Shown piece after piece: positions 60,900 to 64,000 of a DNA stretch of 64,000 nt. The position numbers and the translations under genes are program-made. The DNA is from an uncultured Ruminococcus sp. (GTDB taxonomy: Bacteria; Bacillota; Clostridia; Oscillospirales; CAG-272). The DNA lies in NCBI GenBank assembly GCA_964494135.1, contig CAZBQN010000005.1:934-64933 (forward strand), written 5' to 3'. The stretch's first letter is position 1. Each line of letters starts with the position of its first letter. The notes under the pieces are model-generated. The model was not told the DNA's origin. It made no database searches and saw only the letters and a program-made list of their open reading frames with translations.

Positions 60900-61152
60900 A
60901 AAAATCAAAACAAGTCACCCATCCCAAAGCTTTGAGACGAGTGACTGACAAGTCAATCGCGGTACCACTCACGTGCCCCTCACAGGCTCTGACAAGCCCT
61001 CACCGATAACGCAGTGTCGCGTGCTGCCCTGAAGAACATCGGGCAACCGACTCGGGAGCCATAAAATTTTCTCTGCCGCTGCCGCCTCTCAGCCAAGGGC
61101 GGTTCTCTGTAAGCGACCTTGTGACAAAATTTCTCTCCGTCTGTAGTCTTTT
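60900..61152 (-). ncRNA. T-box riboswitch with an AUG (Met) specifier
   Basis: AGAGA and GCTGAGA stem I motifs. AUG at 61062-61060 bulged between AAAATTTT and CTCC. T-box GAGTGGTACCGCG (60970-60958). Terminator GTCACTCGTC...GGGTGAC followed by a T tract. Confidence 0.88.
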
Positions 61153-61157
61153 CGTTT

Positions 61158-61186
61158 ATTTTAACATACGGAAGAGAAATTGTCAA
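61158..61186 (-). promoter_or_regulatory. sigma-A promoter of the T-box/met operon
   Basis: TTGACA-N17-TAAAAT. Confidence 0.85.
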
Positions 61187-61223
61187 GCATTTTTACTATA
61201 TTTGCGCAGGTAATATTGTGAAA

Positions 61224-63413
61224 TTAGACCAAAGAGAAAAACAAATTGACCAACATACAGAAAATACAGCCCAGTGCCGTTGGTGCAATCGCCGAGAGGA
61301 GCGTAACCTTTATACTGCCCGTTTCCTTGTAAATTGTGGAAAGAGTAGTGGCGCAGGGCCAATGCATAAGCGAGAAGAGGACTACGCAGACACCCGTTTT
61401 CACCGTCCAGCCGGCAGAGATGAGAATACTCGCCGCATCCGCCGAGGCGATGGCATCCCCGAAGCCCATGCCGAGATACCCGACCAGAGCCAGAGGTATG
61501 ACGATCTCCGAGGCGGGTATGCCGATAATGAAAGCGGCGAGGACGACTCCGTCAAAGCCCAGCAGCTGCCCTATCGGGTCAAGCGCCGCCGTTATGTGGT
61601 GAAGAAGCGTTCCCTCCCCGACCGTAACCGTGCTGAGCAGCCAGATTACAGCACCGGCAGGTATGGCAACTACCACCGCGCGCCACAGCACCTTCAGCGT
61701 TCGGTCGATGAAGGAGCGTGCAAGTCCTTCGGCTATGTTCGGTATACGGAAGGGCGGCAGCTCTATGGTGAAGAAGGTCCCCGCTCCGCGAAAAAAGGTT
61801 TTGGACAGCAAAAAGGACAACAGGAAGGTCGCCCCCACCCCCAGCATTATTACCGACAGCACCAAAAGAGCCGACAGCGCGGGATTCAGAAATCCCCCTG
61901 CCGCAAGAAACATTCCGCACACGAGAATTATCGTGGGAAATCTGCCGTTACAGGGCATCAGCGAATTGGTTATTATGGCAATCCGCCTTTCTCTCTGTGA
62001 ATCGATGATCCGACAGCCGGTAACTCCCACGGCGTTACAGCCGAGGCCCATACACATCGTAAGCGCCTGCTTACCGCAAGCTCCGACGCATCGCAAGGGC
62101 GCGTCAAGGTTATATGCAAAGCGAGGCAGAAATCCGATGTCCTCAAGCAGAGTAAACAGAGGAAAGAAGATAGCCATCGGCGGAAGCATAACGGAGACGA
62201 TCTCGGTGAGGGTCGTATATATTCCGTCGTACAGAAGACCGTGAAGCCATAATGGCGCGCCTGCCCACGACAGCAAGCTGTCAAAATGACCGCCGATAAA
62301 GCCGAACAGCTCCGACAAAAGCTCCGAGGGATAATTTGACAAAAAGACGGTTATCGACAGCACCAAAAACAACAGAAGCATCATAATCGGGTAAGCGGTG
62401 CGCTTGCCCGTAAGCCAGGAATCCAAGGTTTTATCCAGCTTCGTTCTGCTCTCGCAGGCACCGCGGGACACCCTCTCGGCAACCGTTCTTGCACGGAGCG
62501 CGAAATCGGCGGATATCCTCTCCAGCTCCGAGTCAATTGATGTATTATTTGTAACTAATTGTTTACGGTATTCATCGCACAAGGAGCGGATTTTCCCGAC
62601 ACGCCCCGGGTCTAATCCCAAAGTTTGCATCAGGTCTGCCCCGTCCGCACCGGAAAACAAAATCATACTTCCGAGAAAGTGTGCGCGCCGGCTTCCCCAC
62701 TCGGGAAAGGCATTTTTTATACAGTCAGCAATCCGCGACACGTACTTATCCGTCAGGTTACTATCCCCTGCTCCGAAGGAGACGTGCGCCGTCGTATCCT
62801 CAACCTGTGTGCCCTCGTTTTCCGAGCGTGTACAGCCGTCGCACGGCATCTCTTTATACCCCTCCCCTGCACAGAGAAGCTCAAATATCGCATTGCGAAG
62901 CGGCATCAGCGTTTTTCTCCTCTTCGCGCTGACCGCCATGGCAGGTGCGCCGATTATACTCTCTGCCAAGGGGATATCTATTTCCACGCCACGCCTCTTT
63001 GCTTCGTCTATGAGATTGAAGCAAAGAAACACCTTATCCGTAACCTCACGTAGCTGCAGCGCCAGATTTATGCTTCTGTCCGGACAGCTGCTGTCAATGA
63101 CGACGACGTACAGATCCGCCTCCGACTTCAATATGTAATCCCTGGCGACCTCCTCCTCGGGAGAGTGGCTGTACAGCGAATAAGTACCCGGCAGGTCTAT
63201 CATTTCAAAAGACCCGCCGGATGCCCTGCATAAGCCGAGGGCACATTCCACAGTCTTGCCCGCCCAGTTGCCCGTGTGCTGTCTTTGCCCAGTCAGGGCG
63301 TTGAAAAGCGTACTCTTTCCCACGTTCGGTGTACCGACAAGAGCTACTCTGCCGATTATTTTTCCTTTTCCCGACTTCACACTTTTTGACGGTTTTTCAA
63401 TAACCAAAGGCAA
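61224..63413 (-). CDS. feoB: Ferrous iron transporter B
   Basis: GTPNVGKS, TGNWAGKT, DLPGTYSL, GLGCNA, PCNGR, ELPPFRIP, PCATT. Confidence 0.93.
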   Translation of the reverse strand: MPLVIEKPSKSVKSGKGKIIGRVALVGTPNVGKSTLFNALTGQRQHTGNWAGKTVECALGLCRASGGSFEMIDLPGTYSLYSHSPEEEVARDYILKSEADLYVVVIDSSCPDRSINLALQLREVTDKVFLCFNLIDEAKRRGVEIDIPLAESIIGAPAMAVSAKRRKTLMPLRNAIFELLCAGEGYKEMPCDGCTRSENEGTQVEDTTAHVSFGAGDSNLTDKYVSRIADCIKNAFPEWGSRRAHFLGSMILFSGADGADLMQTLGLDPGRVGKIRSLCDEYRKQLVTNNTSIDSELERISADFALRARTVAERVSRGACESRTKLDKTLDSWLTGKRTAYPIMMLLLFLVLSITVFLSNYPSELLSELFGFIGGHFDSLLSWAGAPLWLHGLLYDGIYTTLTEIVSVMLPPMAIFFPLFTLLEDIGFLPRFAYNLDAPLRCVGACGKQALTMCMGLGCNAVGVTGCRIIDSQRERRIAIITNSLMPCNGRFPTIILVCGMFLAAGGFLNPALSALLVLSVIMLGVGATFLLSFLLSKTFFRGAGTFFTIELPPFRIPNIAEGLARSFIDRTLKVLWRAVVVAIPAGAVIWLLSTVTVGEGTLLHHITAALDPIGQLLGFDGVVLAAFIIGIPASEIVIPLALVGYLGMGFGDAIASADAASILISAGWTVKTGVCVVLFSLMHWPCATTLSTIYKETGSIKVTLLSAIAPTALGCIFCMLVNLFFSLV

Positions 63414-63440
63414 TATATTTCCTCCCGTTCGCTCCTTATT

Positions 63441-63740
63441 CTATTTTCTATCCGGAGGACAGCCGGTGACCGATATTTTCGCCGCGTCCCTGCCTCTTAT
63501 GGCAACCACGGCGCCCCGTACCTCATACGCCCTCGGGTCTCCCATCGGGCTCTGTCCGACACAGCGCACCTCAGCTCCGCCGAAGAAGCCCAGATCTATC
63601 AGTCTGCGAAGCCCCGAGCCATCGAAATCAAGCCCGGATATCCGCGCCCTCTCGCCGACCGCAAGCTCCGCCAGCGTCAAAGCAGAGCCGCTTCCACTGC
63701 CTATGTACTTTTTCAAAACTCCCGTGCTTTTTCCGTCCAT
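63441..63740 (-). CDS. feoA: Ferrous iron transport protein A
   Basis: RRLIDLGF, SPMGDP...EVRGAVVAIR. Start placed at MDGKS from RBS spacing. Confidence 0.88.
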   Translation of the reverse strand: MDGKSTGVLKKYIGSGSGSALTLAELAVGERARISGLDFDGSGLRRLIDLGFFGGAEVRCVGQSPMGDPRAYEVRGAVVAIRGRDAAKISVTGCPPDRK

Positions 63741-63803
63741 CTTTTTCATTCTCCTTTGTTTTGTCACTAATCATTTTATTCCGACTCGGAAAAAGCGTTA
63801 CCT

Positions 63804-63839
63804 AAAAAGCCGCCCGCGGCGTATTTTGCCGCGGGCGGT
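63804..63839 (-). terminator. Intrinsic terminator of the partial upstream gene
   Basis: CCGCCCGCGGC / GCCGCGGGCGG stem followed by CTTTTT. Confidence 0.85.
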
Positions 63840-63862
63840 AGGAAAGCTTTATTCGTTTTTAA

Positions 63863-64000
63863 TTACAGCGCGTACTTTGCGGAGTAGGCCTTGTACTTCT
63901 TCTCGAAGTCCTCACTGCCGTGCTTGACGTCAGCCAGATACTTGTGCATATCAAGGGCATCGTGGGCGGATATTTCTATGACGCAGCCCGCGATGTTGGA
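63863..64000 (-). CDS. C-terminal fragment of an unidentified protein
   Basis: Open frame SNIAGCVIEISAHDALDMHKYLADVKHGSEDFEKKYKAYSAKYAL*, followed by a terminator. Confidence 0.6.
   Translation of the reverse strand, partial: SNIAGCVIEISAHDALDMHKYLADVKHGSEDFEKKYKAYSAKYAL

Noticed and set aside
63768-63808. DtxR/Fur box upstream of feoA
   Set aside because: Only a partial TTAGGT half-site and a short TTCCGA-C-TCGGAA palindrome; too weak to call.

Overview
A 64-kb chromosomal window from an anaerobic Firmicute (Clostridia-like genes, sigma-A promoters, a T-box; probably an uncultured gut or rumen lineage, which is inference). I found no rRNA, tRNA, CRISPR array or transposase. The centre (about 9-38 kb) is a nitrogen-assimilation supercluster. 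Leftward: GSIII, an Amt-PII fusion and asnB, then purC-purA-purB-guaA-pyrG-purF-carA-carB-dapF-dapL. Rightward: a split archaeal-type glutamate synthase with Fe-S and flavoprotein partners, a degenerate GSI-like protein, a pseudo-receiver ANTAR protein and lysA. The best candidate for an undescribed system is here. Four copies of one RNA hairpin, RGC-AA(A/G/T)GGC-GTY, lie in the leaders of all three main promoters, each buried in the 5' arm of a terminator-like stem. The only visible regulator is a non-phosphorylatable ANTAR protein encoded directly after a GSI homologue whose catalytic Glu flap is changed to Lys. The left flank holds a PerR-like regulator with a non-canonical QueD-like gene, a large GH89/CBM32 surface enzyme followed by an unannotated 39-aa YxxP peptide, AraC, and an AT-rich HTH-HATPase-STAS gene. 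The right flank holds a Bsr-like deaminase, housekeeping genes, PFOR, an orphan Cys/His-repeat solute-binding lipoprotein, nrdD with NrdR boxes, an FRG gene, a Met T-box metY-metA operon and feoAB. All family calls come from motif recognition by eye; no searches or folding programs were run.
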